From a bacterium (GTDB taxonomy: Bacteria > Electryoneota > JAOADG01), in assembly GCA_963681965.1 (NCBI GenBank), contig OY820579.1, positions 288,001 through 352,000 of the forward strand: a DNA stretch of 64,000 nucleotides, given 5' to 3'. Both the position numbers and the translations under genes were made by a program. Below, piece after piece: positions 10,501 through 20,778 of this stretch (within the stretch, counting starts at the first letter, position 1; the number at the start of each line of letters is the position of its first letter). The notes beneath the pieces are model-generated. The model saw only the letters and a list, made by a program, of their open reading frames with translations, made no database searches and was not told the origin of the DNA.

Positions 10501-11821
10501 CGCGATCGGCATTCAGCGTACCGTGACCATACTCCAAATCCCAGCCGTTTCCAGCCGGTGGAGGATCGGCGGAAACACAAAGAATGTTTTGAATTTCCGA
10601 TGGATTTAGAGTACTGTCGCGCGATAGCAACAAAGCCGCTGCCGCCGAAACAAACGGCGCCGCTAAACTTGTACCACTGGCGTAGGTCCACTGTAAATTT
10701 CGCGAGGCAGTTAGAATACTATCACCCGGGGCTATTAGGTCGAGGGCGCTGTTGTATGTGGAAAAGCTCGCGCGGTAGCCATCTCTCGTACTCGCACCAA
10801 CTGAGATGACTGTCTCGTATCCTGCAGGATAATTGATTCGATTGTCCGAGGAGTTGCCGGCAGAGGCAACCAGTACCACATTTTTCGATCGTGCATACTC
10901 GATCGCATCACGAAGCAATGGAGCAACGACTTCGTCGCCGAAGGACATATTGACGATATCGGCTCCGTTATCGGCAGCATAGATCAGTGCTGAAGCAACG
11001 TCGTCCTCGGATAGAAATCCATTGGCATCGCCGGCACGAAGCGTCATCAAACTAGCGTTCGGCGCGAGCCCAATCACACCGACTTGGTTTGCTGCTGCGA
11101 CAGCGACACCGGAAATCAAAGTTCCGTGTCCATACACGTCGGCGAGGTTATTGTTGTTGTCGACAAAATTCCAACCGTGCGCATCATCGACGTAACCATT
11201 ACTATCGTCATCGACTTGATTGGAATCGCGCAAGGCACCGGCTTCACCAGGATTATTCCAAAGTATCGGAGCTAGATCGGGGTGGAATATATCGCAACCG
11301 GTATCGATAACACCAACGACAACCGATGGGACTCCGCTCGTTACTTCCCACGCTTGGAATGCGCGAACTGCAGCAAGACCCCATTGATCGGAGGTCAATG
11401 AATCCGGATCAGGCACATGATGCACGACAAAGTGCCGCATCCGGTAAGCATTTTCAACCGCAACGAGTGTCCGTAATTCGGCAACGACACTGGCTTCGGC
11501 ACCATTGGTTGTAATTATTTTTCGCCATTTTGACAGCGGAATCGCATCTTCCGATGCGTGGTGGCGGGTGATTGCCGATGAAATATTCGAAACACCGGAA
11601 ATCGATGCGATCCGATTGATTGTAGCAGACGATTCATCGGTGAGTTTTACTAATACAACGCCCGGTACCTCGCGTGTAGTAGTCGGCAAAGCTAGCGTGT
11701 TAAATGAAGCGAATACATTGCCTACAAAAAGCAACCAGAATACCGATATGAACGCAGCAAGTTGTCTTAACAAAGGAAAAGATCGCTGGCGCATCCGATC
11801 AGAATTGAAAGAATTGATCAC
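7580..11821 (-). CDS. Secreted S8 subtilase with FG-GAP repeats, FN3 domain and FlgD/CTD-like C-terminal domain
   Basis: Catalytic triad VIDTG / HGT / GTSLAAP, GDVDGDGTDE repeats, IYPNP...WDGTN...SGIYF tail. Confidence 0.9.
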   Translation of the reverse strand: MINSFNSDRMRQRSFPLLRQLAAFISVFWLLFVGNVFASFNTLALPTTTREVPGVVLVKLTDESSATINRIASISGVSNISSAITRHHASEDAIPLSKWRKIITTNGAEASVVAELRTLVAVENAYRMRHFVVHHVPDPDSLTSDQWGLAAVRAFQAWEVTSGVPSVVVGVIDTGCDIFHPDLAPILWNNPGEAGALRDSNQVDDDSNGYVDDAHGWNFVDNNNNLADVYGHGTLISGVAVAAANQVGVIGLAPNASLMTLRAGDANGFLSEDDVASALIYAADNGADIVNMSFGDEVVAPLLRDAIEYARSKNVVLVASAGNSSDNRINYPAGYETVISVGASTRDGYRASFSTYNSALDLIAPGDSILTASRNLQWTYASGTSLAAPFVSAAAALLLSRDSTLNPSEIQNILCVSADPPPAGNGWDLEYGHGTLNADRALRTPRQAEVRILSPLDGASIADTICPVVGTVSGPRLLSWSLYYGVGSDPSRWVAVRVASVRQKVQEVLDTIRIAASDSIITIRLVVEVGDGNPYESRVIIRHDATAPVIKRKMITPALVNGRWGWRVEVATDDQTRCTFQWTRNGVTVSRPFPYIDTKNALTFTTSDNLVAGDVARIIAINNSGIQSISSPFTIPSLPVSNPSLPLVELPNIHLPNGYLMPQQMNWRGDGRPEVLLNIYSEMNTFDSLWLMKLYDSTFVRVRYYGTAIPQNALDVNRDSIPELMLFAGGTTGIHVAARNDYPRPDSLLVPIEANGAYGAGLFVFDPNDEATGNFIIRNDRKYAQSRYEVWSVWRRVNNTFSAETTATIVNPSRGINIVGRPRFRVGKILGSNSCVGVWGDADGDLMLTRRQDTHWITFKWDSLGDGNATDYFAVGDVDGDGTDEFVGGYETATKVQTERDFPFRKWVFYLYRWMSSSGTEPSRMARLDSLTIDGALNPSRFNSGVEMGDLDGDGKKEIFISASPYLLVMKVDSTRHWRIVYQAMNARSNTVALFDVNNNHRPELVYNDGTQFRFLEYTGSTTSQPLTPSGLIAQPLDTNRISVSWNAVSNAQSYWLIKTHGDDPVDTIPSLVGTTYLDTNVYESTEPFKYRVAAYSSTFAQPLGVFSSDAPALAHIPPHLISANYSDPDRVRLVFSRSIHDDALIPNRFRLKPSTYPVSVISSREGVELLLRFDPKPPTGTYTLKLENIYDRDMSPLAGVDSVQLYFPPAPPKQFFMNSAMIQNGCIVVTFSLPYVDTTITSAAFRIVANREQTRDTLTKWNVIIARVEQVDSVTVRLIPAAATPIGRIGILYDVTALSTIRSRNGQFLNSNYNSISISTQPTTLESLFIYPNPARLDRNERIVIAGLPQDAKVMIYSTSGFSVKRLISEGASGSVIWDGTNEQGAEVASGIYFVVAEKNGSIQKGKVAILR

Positions 11822-11828
11822 GCAATCC

Positions 11829-12896
11829 TCATACGATCAAGAGATTCTTAGGAGCTTTGTTCAACGATTTAGCACCGCTCGGTGTGAGTAACACATCGTC
11901 TTCAATTCGCACACCACCGAACTTATCGATGTAGATCCCCGGTTCGATCGTAAAGATCATATTTTCTTTCAAGATATTCGGATCGGCGGCACTTACCCGC
12001 GGCCAACTATGAACATCAATTCCGAGACCATGACCGAGACCGTGACCGAAGCGGTCGCCATATCCTGCTGCTTTGATGATATCGCGTGCCACCGCGTCAA
12101 GTTCAGCGGTTTTCATTCCGATCTTTGCCGCTTTGATGGCGGCGACCTGTGCTTTAAGAACGATATCGTAAATTTCCCGTTGCTTGGCATTGACTTTTCC
12201 GACAGCAATCGTGCGCGTCAGATCGGAGGCATAACCCTGATAGTAACATCCGAAATCCAGTGTCACGAATTCGCCACTCTTAATTTTTTTCTCGCTCGCC
12301 CGACCATGCGGCAACGCGCCTCGCCAACCGCTGGCTACAATCGGTTCGAAACTGTCGCCGTCGGCACCTAATTTTCGATGGAGATAAGTGATCTCGGCAC
12401 CAATATCGAGTTCGCGAACGCCGGGTTTGATCAACGGTAGTACTTTTTCGAACACTTGATCGGTAATCGCGGCAGCTTTCTTGTGCAACTTGATTTCATT
12501 GGCATCTTTGATCGCGCAGACCGGTTCAACAACATTCGCACTTGCGATCAATTCACTATTAGACCAGACACGTTTTAACGCTTCTACCTGCTCCAACGTG
12601 AAGGCTGCCGCTTCAACAAGTATTTTCGCTGCCGGTTTTAATGCAATATTCGTTTCCAGTTCGTGACTGAAGGATCGTTTGTAAACGACGACTTCGGCGC
12701 CATCTATTTGCTGAGCCGCTTGCGATTCGTATCGGAAATCGGTGAAGAAGTACGCTTTTTTCGGATAGATCAAGAGAATTCCGGCAGATCCGGTAAAACC
12801 GCAGAGGTAGCGTACATTCGCGAGCTTGGTGACGATCATCGCATTGGCTTTACGCTTGACAATTTCTTTCTGAATCTGTTCAATCCGCGTCTTCAT
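11829..12896 (-). CDS. Xaa-Pro aminopeptidase (M24B)
   Basis: TDFRY, DFG...SDLTRT, HGLGHGLG, TIEPGIY and GVRIEDD motifs; start taken at MKTRIEQ, which follows a GGAG RBS. Confidence 0.9.
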   Translation of the reverse strand: MKTRIEQIQKEIVKRKANAMIVTKLANVRYLCGFTGSAGILLIYPKKAYFFTDFRYESQAAQQIDGAEVVVYKRSFSHELETNIALKPAAKILVEAAAFTLEQVEALKRVWSNSELIASANVVEPVCAIKDANEIKLHKKAAAITDQVFEKVLPLIKPGVRELDIGAEITYLHRKLGADGDSFEPIVASGWRGALPHGRASEKKIKSGEFVTLDFGCYYQGYASDLTRTIAVGKVNAKQREIYDIVLKAQVAAIKAAKIGMKTAELDAVARDIIKAAGYGDRFGHGLGHGLGIDVHSWPRVSAADPNILKENMIFTIEPGIYIDKFGGVRIEDDVLLTPSGAKSLNKAPKNLLIV

Positions 12897-14244
12897 TGGT
12901 TCTCCGAGTAGTGGGTTGCGATAACGCAAGCTGTTCCAATTGTGCCAAACGGGTTTTGAAATCAAACCGGTCGGGTTGTTGTTTGATCAATTCTCGATAT
13001 ACTTCGGCAGCACGCTGAAATTCCGTTTGCTGAGCATAGAGTTCAGCGATGGTCTTCGAAATGAGTGGTCGCGGTTTCTTACGGGGTTTCGGTGGTTCTG
13101 CCTGTTCCGTTTCGTGTGGCATTTCTTCGAGTAGCCCCGGCTCCATTGATACTGGAGTTTGCGACATCGCTTGAATTTGCAATTCGACAATCGCAGCGAT
13201 GGTCGGATCGGTTTCTTCGATCCGCGGTTGTTCAATGGTCGTTGAAGAAAAAGCAGTCGTCGGAACTTCTTCGGCGACTTCTACTGGATGAGGAATATCG
13301 ACAGCGGTTTCTTCCGCTAATGGTGTTTCTTCGGGTGGCAATTCGACAGCCGCTACGACTTCATCTGGCGCAAGTGGCTGTTCCCAAATTGGGTTCTCGA
13401 CGGCGATCGGCGCCTGCTGTTCTTCTGCAACCGCAGTTTCACCTTCTACTGCTGGATTCTCAGTCTGAACATTTGTATCGCTCGTTAGCGGTACAGAAGT
13501 TGTGAGTAATTGTGCATAGGGATCGGGTGGTGGTAGCGCCGGGATTGGTAATTTCTCGATTGAAGGTTGTGGAAAAGCGATTTCGGCGATGGACATTTGC
13601 GGCTTAATCGGTTCCGGAGCAGGTTTCTTCAGTGGTTCGGGTTTGGGCTGCGGACGTGTTACTTCATTCATACGAAGATTAGAAATCGCCTCGAGCGATT
13701 TCAACGATTCAACTGCCTCATTAAGCCGTTGTTCAATCTGATCGCCAGATAGCAGCGATGCTGCCGCCGAGTATAAAAACAACCCGTCGTCAAGCTTGTT
13801 CACAAAGAAATCTAAATTTTCCGATACTGTCTGCTGTAATCCCTCTGTAACGGCAGTGACCAATTTTCGTTCGACTGTCGTATCGAAAGGATCCAACTGA
13901 TACAGTTCCGCCCAAAGTCGTAAAGCGCCTTCTTTTTCACCTTGACGCTCATACAGTTCGGCTAGCATCGCCGCACCGTATCGATCGAAACCGACTTTTT
14001 CCAGCATTGTGGTTACGTGAATTACTGCGTCGCGAATATTCCCGGTTTCCGCTAACGCATGAGCCAGCATCCATTGCCCGGGCATATACTCGGGATGGGT
14101 GTTCACGCCACGGACAGCGGTTTTCAGCGCCGCTTTCGGTTCATTCGCATAGAGAAAATCTTCCGCTACGCGCGCGAACATCCGGGGATATGATTTGCTC
14201 ATCTCCCGACGACGCTTGATTAATTTTTTTTCGATGCTATTCAC
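12880..14244 (-). CDS. TPR-containing protein with a long Pro/Glu-rich linker
   Basis: N-terminal TPR-like helices, acidic low-complexity middle, C-terminal SKTIAELYAQQ TPR. Confidence 0.7.
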   Translation of the reverse strand: MNSIEKKLIKRRREMSKSYPRMFARVAEDFLYANEPKAALKTAVRGVNTHPEYMPGQWMLAHALAETGNIRDAVIHVTTMLEKVGFDRYGAAMLAELYERQGEKEGALRLWAELYQLDPFDTTVERKLVTAVTEGLQQTVSENLDFFVNKLDDGLFLYSAAASLLSGDQIEQRLNEAVESLKSLEAISNLRMNEVTRPQPKPEPLKKPAPEPIKPQMSIAEIAFPQPSIEKLPIPALPPPDPYAQLLTTSVPLTSDTNVQTENPAVEGETAVAEEQQAPIAVENPIWEQPLAPDEVVAAVELPPEETPLAEETAVDIPHPVEVAEEVPTTAFSSTTIEQPRIEETDPTIAAIVELQIQAMSQTPVSMEPGLLEEMPHETEQAEPPKPRKKPRPLISKTIAELYAQQTEFQRAAEVYRELIKQQPDRFDFKTRLAQLEQLALSQPTTRRTNEDAD

Positions 14245-15658
14245 ATTGTTCCTGTAACCGTTGCATCCGAAGCGCTGCGACGATCCAATCGCCTCGAGCG
14301 GTAAGCCATTGCTGCTCGGACGATAACCGATCCTGTTGCGCTTCCAACCATTCGCGCGAAGATACAGTACCCGCTTGAAATCGGCTTGCGGTCATGGATT
14401 CCCGTAACCTAGAAAGTTGCAACAGCTTTTCGGCACTTACAAGCCGTTCCCGGGCATCAGCCAATTTTCGAAAGGCGTCACGTACCGTTCGCTCGGCATC
14501 CCGCACTGCATCGCGGTATGACAGCTCTTGCTCCCGGAGGTTAAGTCGCACTTTTTCCAGCCGTAAAAGGTACTCATTACGATCCAATAACCCCAACGTG
14601 AGCGAAAGTGCCCCGCCTTTGGAAGCAGACAGTTTATCCAGTGCAGAGGGACGATCGGCATCGCGACCATCCCAATTTTGAAACAACGTCCCTTCAATTT
14701 GCAAGGGTAGTGGAAATAGGCTGCCATTTGAAGTTCGTTTCGCCTGCTCATATTCCAGCCGTGCAATCCTCGTTTCAGGCAGCTTCGCTGGATCGACTTT
14801 GAAGACGGCATTCGTATCGAATTGTGGCAACTTCGGATCAGTCGGTATTTCAATCTCGATATTCGGTGCTAATCCTAGACGGTCTAGGAACTTCTCACGA
14901 ACCGCTTCGAAATTTCGGGTCGCTGATGCCGCCGCCATCATTCGACCGAGTGCAGACACTTCGATTGTCAAATATTCCGTCTGAGGAATTAACCCGGCAT
15001 CGAATTTACGCTTTGCCAATGCCCGCGAAGAGTCTGCAATCGTCGCATCGTTGATTGTCAATTTCAATTGTCCATCGGTATTCATAAAACCGATATAATC
15101 GGATATCAGCGACAACTCGAATTCGCGCTCTTTTACTTTGCGTTGTTCTTCGATCTGAATTCGCTGTTGACCGGCATTCCGGTAAGATCGCCCGGTCGGA
15201 TCGCCCGACAACAATTTCCAGCGAAGATCGGTCTGATAGGAAACGCCATACTCGGAATTTTCCGATTCACCACCCACCGAATATTTACGCTTCCACTCGG
15301 TACCATTCGCATTTACTTGAAATCCGAGCGGCAGTTCCTGTGATACTGTCAATCCCAAGGATGTTCGACGATCGCGATCGCGCACCCATTGACTGAGATA
15401 AGTGGAATCGGTTGAATTGTAGAATAGCTGCTCACGTAACGATTCGGTTTGACTCGGATAAGTCGACGACGCTTCGATTTTAGGCCAATAACTGCGACGG
15501 TCAAGAGTCGAATTGATGATACCGATTCGGTAATCGCGTTCGATTCGTTGCTGTTCGGCACCGTGCTGGCGCGCCAATTGCTGTACCGTCGACCAATCGA
15601 GGGTGACACCGAATGCGACCGAGAGCGAGAATAACCAACTGAAAATTACTTTCAACAC
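14237..15658 (-). CDS. TolC-family outer membrane protein
   Basis: Signal peptide, two OEP-like halves (KFDAGLI, RFQAGTVSSREWLEAQ). Confidence 0.85.
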   Translation of the reverse strand: MLKVIFSWLFSLSVAFGVTLDWSTVQQLARQHGAEQQRIERDYRIGIINSTLDRRSYWPKIEASSTYPSQTESLREQLFYNSTDSTYLSQWVRDRDRRTSLGLTVSQELPLGFQVNANGTEWKRKYSVGGESENSEYGVSYQTDLRWKLLSGDPTGRSYRNAGQQRIQIEEQRKVKEREFELSLISDYIGFMNTDGQLKLTINDATIADSSRALAKRKFDAGLIPQTEYLTIEVSALGRMMAAASATRNFEAVREKFLDRLGLAPNIEIEIPTDPKLPQFDTNAVFKVDPAKLPETRIARLEYEQAKRTSNGSLFPLPLQIEGTLFQNWDGRDADRPSALDKLSASKGGALSLTLGLLDRNEYLLRLEKVRLNLREQELSYRDAVRDAERTVRDAFRKLADARERLVSAEKLLQLSRLRESMTASRFQAGTVSSREWLEAQQDRLSSEQQWLTARGDWIVAALRMQRLQEQCE

Positions 15659-15725
15659 GAGTATGCTATGCTTTCAGTTTGAGATAGGAATTTGAGCAAC
15701 AATTTTTTTAATGCAAGAATGACTG

Positions 15726-16991
15726 TCATCCGCTATAGCGCAATGCTTCGATCGGATCGAGTCGCGCAGCTTGTTTGGCAGGAAACATTCCGAAAACGAT
15801 CCCCACCGCGACGGCAACCCCTAGTGAGACGACCACCGACCAAATCGTAATAACCGTAACCCATCCGGCAGTAATAGTCACAATATATGCCAGTGCGATA
15901 CCAAGAATCATTCCGATAAATCCACCACCACCGGAGAGCAATGCCGCTTCGGTCAGAAACTGTCGAGCGATTTCCCATTGCGTTGCACCAACAGCGCGGC
16001 GGATACCGATTTCTTGCGTTCGTTCCAGTACCGACGAAAGCATGATATTCATAATGCCAATACCACCGACCAGCAGAGAAATGCCGGCGATCGCCGCCAT
16101 AATGATTGTGAAGGTTCGTTGGGTACGGCGACTTTGTGCCAACAGCTCTTCCGGGACAATGACTTTGAAATCCGGGGCACCGCGATGACGGCGATCGATA
16201 ATCTGTTTGATCACTTTCGTACCGGGATCGATGTTTTGTTCGGATTCCATCTGCACCAGCAATACTTGAGCAGTATTGCGTTTCGAGCCACTCATCAATA
16301 GTTGAACGGTGGTCTTTAGCGGAACAAATACTTCCTTATCCGGTTCCCAATCGGGCATACCGGGGATTTTCCAACTAGTTCCCATTGGATCGAGCACACC
16401 GACAACGCGGTAGGGATCCTGCCGAATGCGAACATATTTCCCGACAGCAGGTTCGGTCGGAAACAGTTTTTTTGCCGATTCAGCACCGAGCACGACTACT
16501 CGCGCACAACTCTGTTCGTCGATGTCATGGAGAAAGCGACCCAGTCGAATCGTGCGATTGGTGGCATAAAAATACTCCGGTTGCGTTCCGACGACCGACA
16601 ATCCTTGCGCCAGCACACTGCTGCGGACATTTTCAAATTTCCGTACCGATGGCACCACTCGTTCGACACCGGGTGTGATTGCGGCAATCGCGACGCCATC
16701 ATCCTGCGTCAGTCCATCCGGATTGATTTTTTTTGCTTCATCCGCCTTCTCGGCTTCAGCTTGTTGGATAACGTAGATATTGCGCAAACCCAACCGTTCG
16801 ATGGCGGAGATTGCATCGCGTTTCGCACCCTCGGTAATTGCCAGCATTGCAATTACGGCAGCGACTCCGAAGATTACTCCGAGCGAAGTCAAGAGCGTTC
16901 GAAGACGATGCGCGCGAAAACTGCGCAGACTATCTTCGATCGACTGCTTGGTGGTTGCCCACGATTTTTGCAATCGGTTATCGACCACCAC
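15726..16991 (-). CDS. MacB-like ABC permease (no ATPase domain)
   Basis: RTLLTSLGVIFGVAAVI, GGIGIMNIML..V.ERTQEIGIRRAVGA and PAKQAARLDPIEALRY motifs. Confidence 0.92.
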   Translation of the reverse strand: MVVDNRLQKSWATTKQSIEDSLRSFRAHRLRTLLTSLGVIFGVAAVIAMLAITEGAKRDAISAIERLGLRNIYVIQQAEAEKADEAKKINPDGLTQDDGVAIAAITPGVERVVPSVRKFENVRSSVLAQGLSVVGTQPEYFYATNRTIRLGRFLHDIDEQSCARVVVLGAESAKKLFPTEPAVGKYVRIRQDPYRVVGVLDPMGTSWKIPGMPDWEPDKEVFVPLKTTVQLLMSGSKRNTAQVLLVQMESEQNIDPGTKVIKQIIDRRHRGAPDFKVIVPEELLAQSRRTQRTFTIIMAAIAGISLLVGGIGIMNIMLSSVLERTQEIGIRRAVGATQWEIARQFLTEAALLSGGGGFIGMILGIALAYIVTITAGWVTVITIWSVVVSLGVAVAVGIVFGMFPAKQAARLDPIEALRYSG

Positions 16992-18327
16992 GCCGTCCCG
17001 ATCGCTTGGGTTCTGCTTTTTCCGAACTTTGACTGGTCATCTGATCGGTTTGCTGATCGCCTTTTTTGATTTTCTGACTCAACAGTCGAACACGATCACC
17101 CGGTTCCACACCATTCTGGATCACAACAAAATCGTCATTCCGTTTTCCCAGTGTCACTTTTGTTCGGGATGCACCGGTTGCGCCAACACGCCAAACATAC
17201 GAAGCCGAATCGATTTCAACGGCATCGATCGGCGCGAACACCGCATCGGGAATTACATCGGCTTGAATCGTTACCGTGGCAGACATCCCCGGTTTCATCG
17301 TTGCCGACGAGGAATCGATTGCCACAACAATATCGAATACTTTCACTTCAGGATCGGATTCTTTACGACGTGCCAGAACGGAAACATCCTTCACATGACC
17401 CTTGAATGGTGGATCGGGAAAAGCATCGAGGATTACTTTTGCAGGTTGTCCCTTGGCAATTTTCGCGACATCGACTTCGTTGACTTCGATTTTCACTTCC
17501 ATCGAAGAGAGATCGGGAATTTCCAACAATGCCATACCGCGCCACGGTTGATCGCCAACCTGCACCTTGGACATGTTGTTGCCCTTCCAGATCTCCTGAT
17601 AGACAACCAATCCCGGTTGTTTGGCAAGAATTGTCAATTCACCTAGATCGGTTCGCGCTTTGTCCAAGTCGAGTTGGGCTTGTTTGATTTTCAATAACAG
17701 TGTGCGTTCATCTGCGGAATCGGACATTGCTTCGGATCGAATGCGATCTTTCGCCTGTTTAAATGAAATCTCGGCTTGCCGCATCGCTAATTGCTCTTCC
17801 TGCTTCTTAACATCCGCCTCGAATTCCATTTGCGTTAATCGCAATCGTGCCTGCTTGTACTGGGCGTCTGCCGATTCCGAATCGCCAACCGATTTTGCCC
17901 GATTGGCAAGCATTTGCGATTGGCTCTTTTGCAGGTTGGCTATGGCAATTTCCAATTCCGCCTGTTTGTCGTCGATTTTCTTTTGCAGTTCCGTGGGATC
18001 GAATTGAATCAACATATCGCCAACATTTACCGTCTTCCCTTCCGGAACCATGTTGATGATTTGAAGATTCGTTTGCGATTTCGGCGCCACAATCGATGAC
18101 GAATTGACTGCGCGAATCACGCCGCTTTCGACCACTTCGATCCGAAACGCACCCTTCTGAACCACCGCCGTGACGTACTCTTCGCTGGAATGAAAGAGTA
18201 GATAATATCCCAGAAAGCATATAATCAGAGCAACTGGAAACGCTAAATACCATCTTTGGTAAATTAGCTTCTTGAATTGTTTCCAGCGAGTTGCTTCAGT
18301 TGAGTTGTTTGATTGATTTTCACTCAC
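16978..18327 (-). CDS. MacA-like efflux periplasmic adaptor
   Basis: N-terminal TM, lipoyl/coiled-coil region, EVNEVDVAKI and MKPGMSA motifs; GTG start overlaps the pyk stop (GTGA). Confidence 0.88.
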   Translation of the reverse strand: MSENQSNNSTEATRWKQFKKLIYQRWYLAFPVALIICFLGYYLLFHSSEEYVTAVVQKGAFRIEVVESGVIRAVNSSSIVAPKSQTNLQIINMVPEGKTVNVGDMLIQFDPTELQKKIDDKQAELEIAIANLQKSQSQMLANRAKSVGDSESADAQYKQARLRLTQMEFEADVKKQEEQLAMRQAEISFKQAKDRIRSEAMSDSADERTLLLKIKQAQLDLDKARTDLGELTILAKQPGLVVYQEIWKGNNMSKVQVGDQPWRGMALLEIPDLSSMEVKIEVNEVDVAKIAKGQPAKVILDAFPDPPFKGHVKDVSVLARRKESDPEVKVFDIVVAIDSSSATMKPGMSATVTIQADVIPDAVFAPIDAVEIDSASYVWRVGATGASRTKVTLGKRNDDFVVIQNGVEPGDRVRLLSQKIKKGDQQTDQMTSQSSEKAEPKRSGRRGGR

Positions 18328-19721
18328 AAGTCTCGCACCTGTACGAAGTTTGTTTGTCCTGCCACCATTGGCGGCCACCCGCCAGTAACAACCACGCGAT
18401 CACCGTGGGTCAATCCGAACTTGCCTTTGATTGCCGTTAGCGATGCTTCAATCGGATGATTATCCAATGGGATCTCAACTCCACTTACACCGGAAATGAG
18501 TGCTAATTTGCGTAAGACCGACGGATCAGCCGACGTGGCAATAATTTTAGCCCGGGGACGGAACCGCGCTACGCGTCGTGGTGTCAAGCCACTCGCCGTT
18601 GGCGTCACAATCGCCGAAGCTTGCAGATCCAAGCTCATCCATGCCGAGCCGCGAGCGATTGCCTCTTCCGTCTCACTCTTTCCACCGCGTCGGCGCAACA
18701 TCATCTCGGTATCAATATCGCGTTCCGCTTCGACCACGATTCGCGCCATGGTCTCGATCGTTCGGATGGGGTGTTTCCCCGAAGCCGTTTCTGCCGACAG
18801 CATCACTGCATCGGTATACTGCCAAACGGCATTGGCGACATCGGATGCCTCAGCACGGGTTGGGCGATAGGATTCGATCATCGATTCCAACATCTCCGTT
18901 GCGGTAACGGCGATTTTACCTGCCGCTAGCGACGATGCGAGCGCTTGTCGCTGATAGCGCGGGACATCTTCGAGCGGCAACTCGACCCCTAAGTCGCCAC
19001 GAGCAACCATGATGCCATCGAAACTCTGAATGATTTCCGAAAGATGTTGAATCGCTTCGGGGCGTTCGACTTTCGCCATAATCCACGCGGTACTGTTACG
19101 CTGTTTCAACGCCTCGCGTAACGAGAGTGCTGCATGGGGACTGCGGACAAACGAAAGTGCCACCCAGTCGACATCGGCAGCAGCCGCATCGAGTGCGGCA
19201 AGATCCTGTGGTAATAAATCGGGTAAATCGAAGCGAGTCCCGGGAAGATTGATCCCCTTTCGGGTATAAATCATACCACCGGAAATCACTTTTGCTTTGA
19301 TCGATTTTGCTCCGACTTCGATTGTTTCGACTTGAACCCGACCATCGAACAGAAGAATTGGTTCACCCGGTTTTACTTGACGCACTAGCTCCCAATCGCC
19401 GGCAGGAATGCCACCCGTTTCACCGTCGGGGACGAAAGTAATGATTTCATCATTTTTGAGTTCGAGCCCTTCGGCTGGAAGCGTTCCAACACGCAGCTTC
19501 GGACCGGGGAGATCGAGCAACACAGCAACCTGCTTATCCGCTAATCTTGCCGCTTCACGTAATTTGGGAATCCATTCGCGCAACTGATCCGGTTTACCAT
19601 GCGATGCATTCAAACGAAACGCATTCGCTCCGGCATCCAGCATTGCTTTTAAAGTAGACACTTCGGTACAGGCTGGTCCGACGGTGGCAAGGATTTTGAC
19701 ATGACGGTACTCACGATCCAT
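18324..19721 (-). CDS. pyk: Pyruvate kinase
   Basis: KILATVGPA, RLNASHG, DLPGPKLR, MVARGDLGVE and PTRAEASDVAN motifs. Confidence 0.95.
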   Translation of the reverse strand: MDREYRHVKILATVGPACTEVSTLKAMLDAGANAFRLNASHGKPDQLREWIPKLREAARLADKQVAVLLDLPGPKLRVGTLPAEGLELKNDEIITFVPDGETGGIPAGDWELVRQVKPGEPILLFDGRVQVETIEVGAKSIKAKVISGGMIYTRKGINLPGTRFDLPDLLPQDLAALDAAAADVDWVALSFVRSPHAALSLREALKQRNSTAWIMAKVERPEAIQHLSEIIQSFDGIMVARGDLGVELPLEDVPRYQRQALASSLAAGKIAVTATEMLESMIESYRPTRAEASDVANAVWQYTDAVMLSAETASGKHPIRTIETMARIVVEAERDIDTEMMLRRRGGKSETEEAIARGSAWMSLDLQASAIVTPTASGLTPRRVARFRPRAKIIATSADPSVLRKLALISGVSGVEIPLDNHPIEASLTAIKGKFGLTHGDRVVVTGGWPPMVAGQTNFVQVRDL

Positions 19722-19830
19722 ACACCCTCCCAGGGGATAGGTTGAATTAACTTCATCTAATTGACTGTTTCTTCACTGTACAAATCATGAATTGATGGTG
19801 TAGTCGGTACTGCCAGTACATCTCATCCAA

Positions 19831-20778
19831 CTACGAAGTTAGACTCTTAGCGCTTAAGATTGGTTGCACGATCTGTAGAACCCGTTGCGCGATTTTATTC
19901 GTACTGTCATCGGGAGTGACGTCGACCCAATGCATTCCTTCGGTGTGCCGGAACCAAGTCATCTGGCGCTTTGCATATTGCCGGGTGACAATATTGATGC
20001 GCTCTTCCGTTTCCGCTAACGATAACTCATTCCGAAGATAGGCTGCAATTTCGCGATAGCCGTGAAATTTCTCACGCTCGATTGCGTCACCGTATCCGGC
20101 TTCGAGCAACTGCCGTACTTCATCGATCCACCCTTCGCGCAGCATGATCGCAGTACGTTGTGCAATCCGCCGCACCACATCGCTGCGTTCGCGACGGAGA
20201 CAGACATAAATCGGTTCGAATTCAAACCGATCGGTTCCGTTTTGCCACCAATCAGACAACCGTTTGCCGGATGTATGAAATACTTCCAAGGCGCGCTCGA
20301 TCCGGATATAATCATTCGGTTGAATCTTCTCCGCGATTACCGGATCGACTTGCTGCAACTCGAGATGTAGTGCCGGAACGCCGGATTGTTCAGCTCGATC
20401 GCGCAATTTCTCACGGTATTCCGGATCGATCGGGGGTCCTTGAAAAAGACCATCGAAAATTGCTCGATAGTAGAGACCTGAACCACCCACCAGCACTGTC
20501 GGCTTACCGGATTGCAACAATTCTTTGATTTTGTCGCGTGCCAATTTGGCAAATGTACCGGCAGTCATCGGTTCACGGGCATCGTGAAAATTCGTCAGGT
20601 GATGCGGAACTTGCGCCTGTTCTGCCGCCGTCGGTTGCGCGGTACCGATAATAAAATCGCGATACAATTGCCGCGAGTCGATCGACAGAATTTCCGCGCC
20701 AAGTGCGAGCGCGACGTCGATACCGACGGCGGTTTTACCGCTACCGGTGGAACCGACGATGCAGACAAGTTTCTTCAT
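19831..20778 (-). CDS. miaA: tRNA dimethylallyltransferase
   Basis: GSTGSGKT, DSRQLY, VGGSGLY and RQYAKRQMTWFR motifs. Confidence 0.95.
   Translation of the reverse strand: MKKLVCIVGSTGSGKTAVGIDVALALGAEILSIDSRQLYRDFIIGTAQPTAAEQAQVPHHLTNFHDAREPMTAGTFAKLARDKIKELLQSGKPTVLVGGSGLYYRAIFDGLFQGPPIDPEYREKLRDRAEQSGVPALHLELQQVDPVIAEKIQPNDYIRIERALEVFHTSGKRLSDWWQNGTDRFEFEPIYVCLRRERSDVVRRIAQRTAIMLREGWIDEVRQLLEAGYGDAIEREKFHGYREIAAYLRNELSLAETEERINIVTRQYAKRQMTWFRHTEGMHWVDVTPDDSTNKIAQRVLQIVQPILSAKSLTS

Noticed and set aside
16780-17646. 288-aa plus-strand ORF and similar short opposite-strand ORFs
   Set aside because: They are antisense to well-supported genes and have no motifs or RBS.
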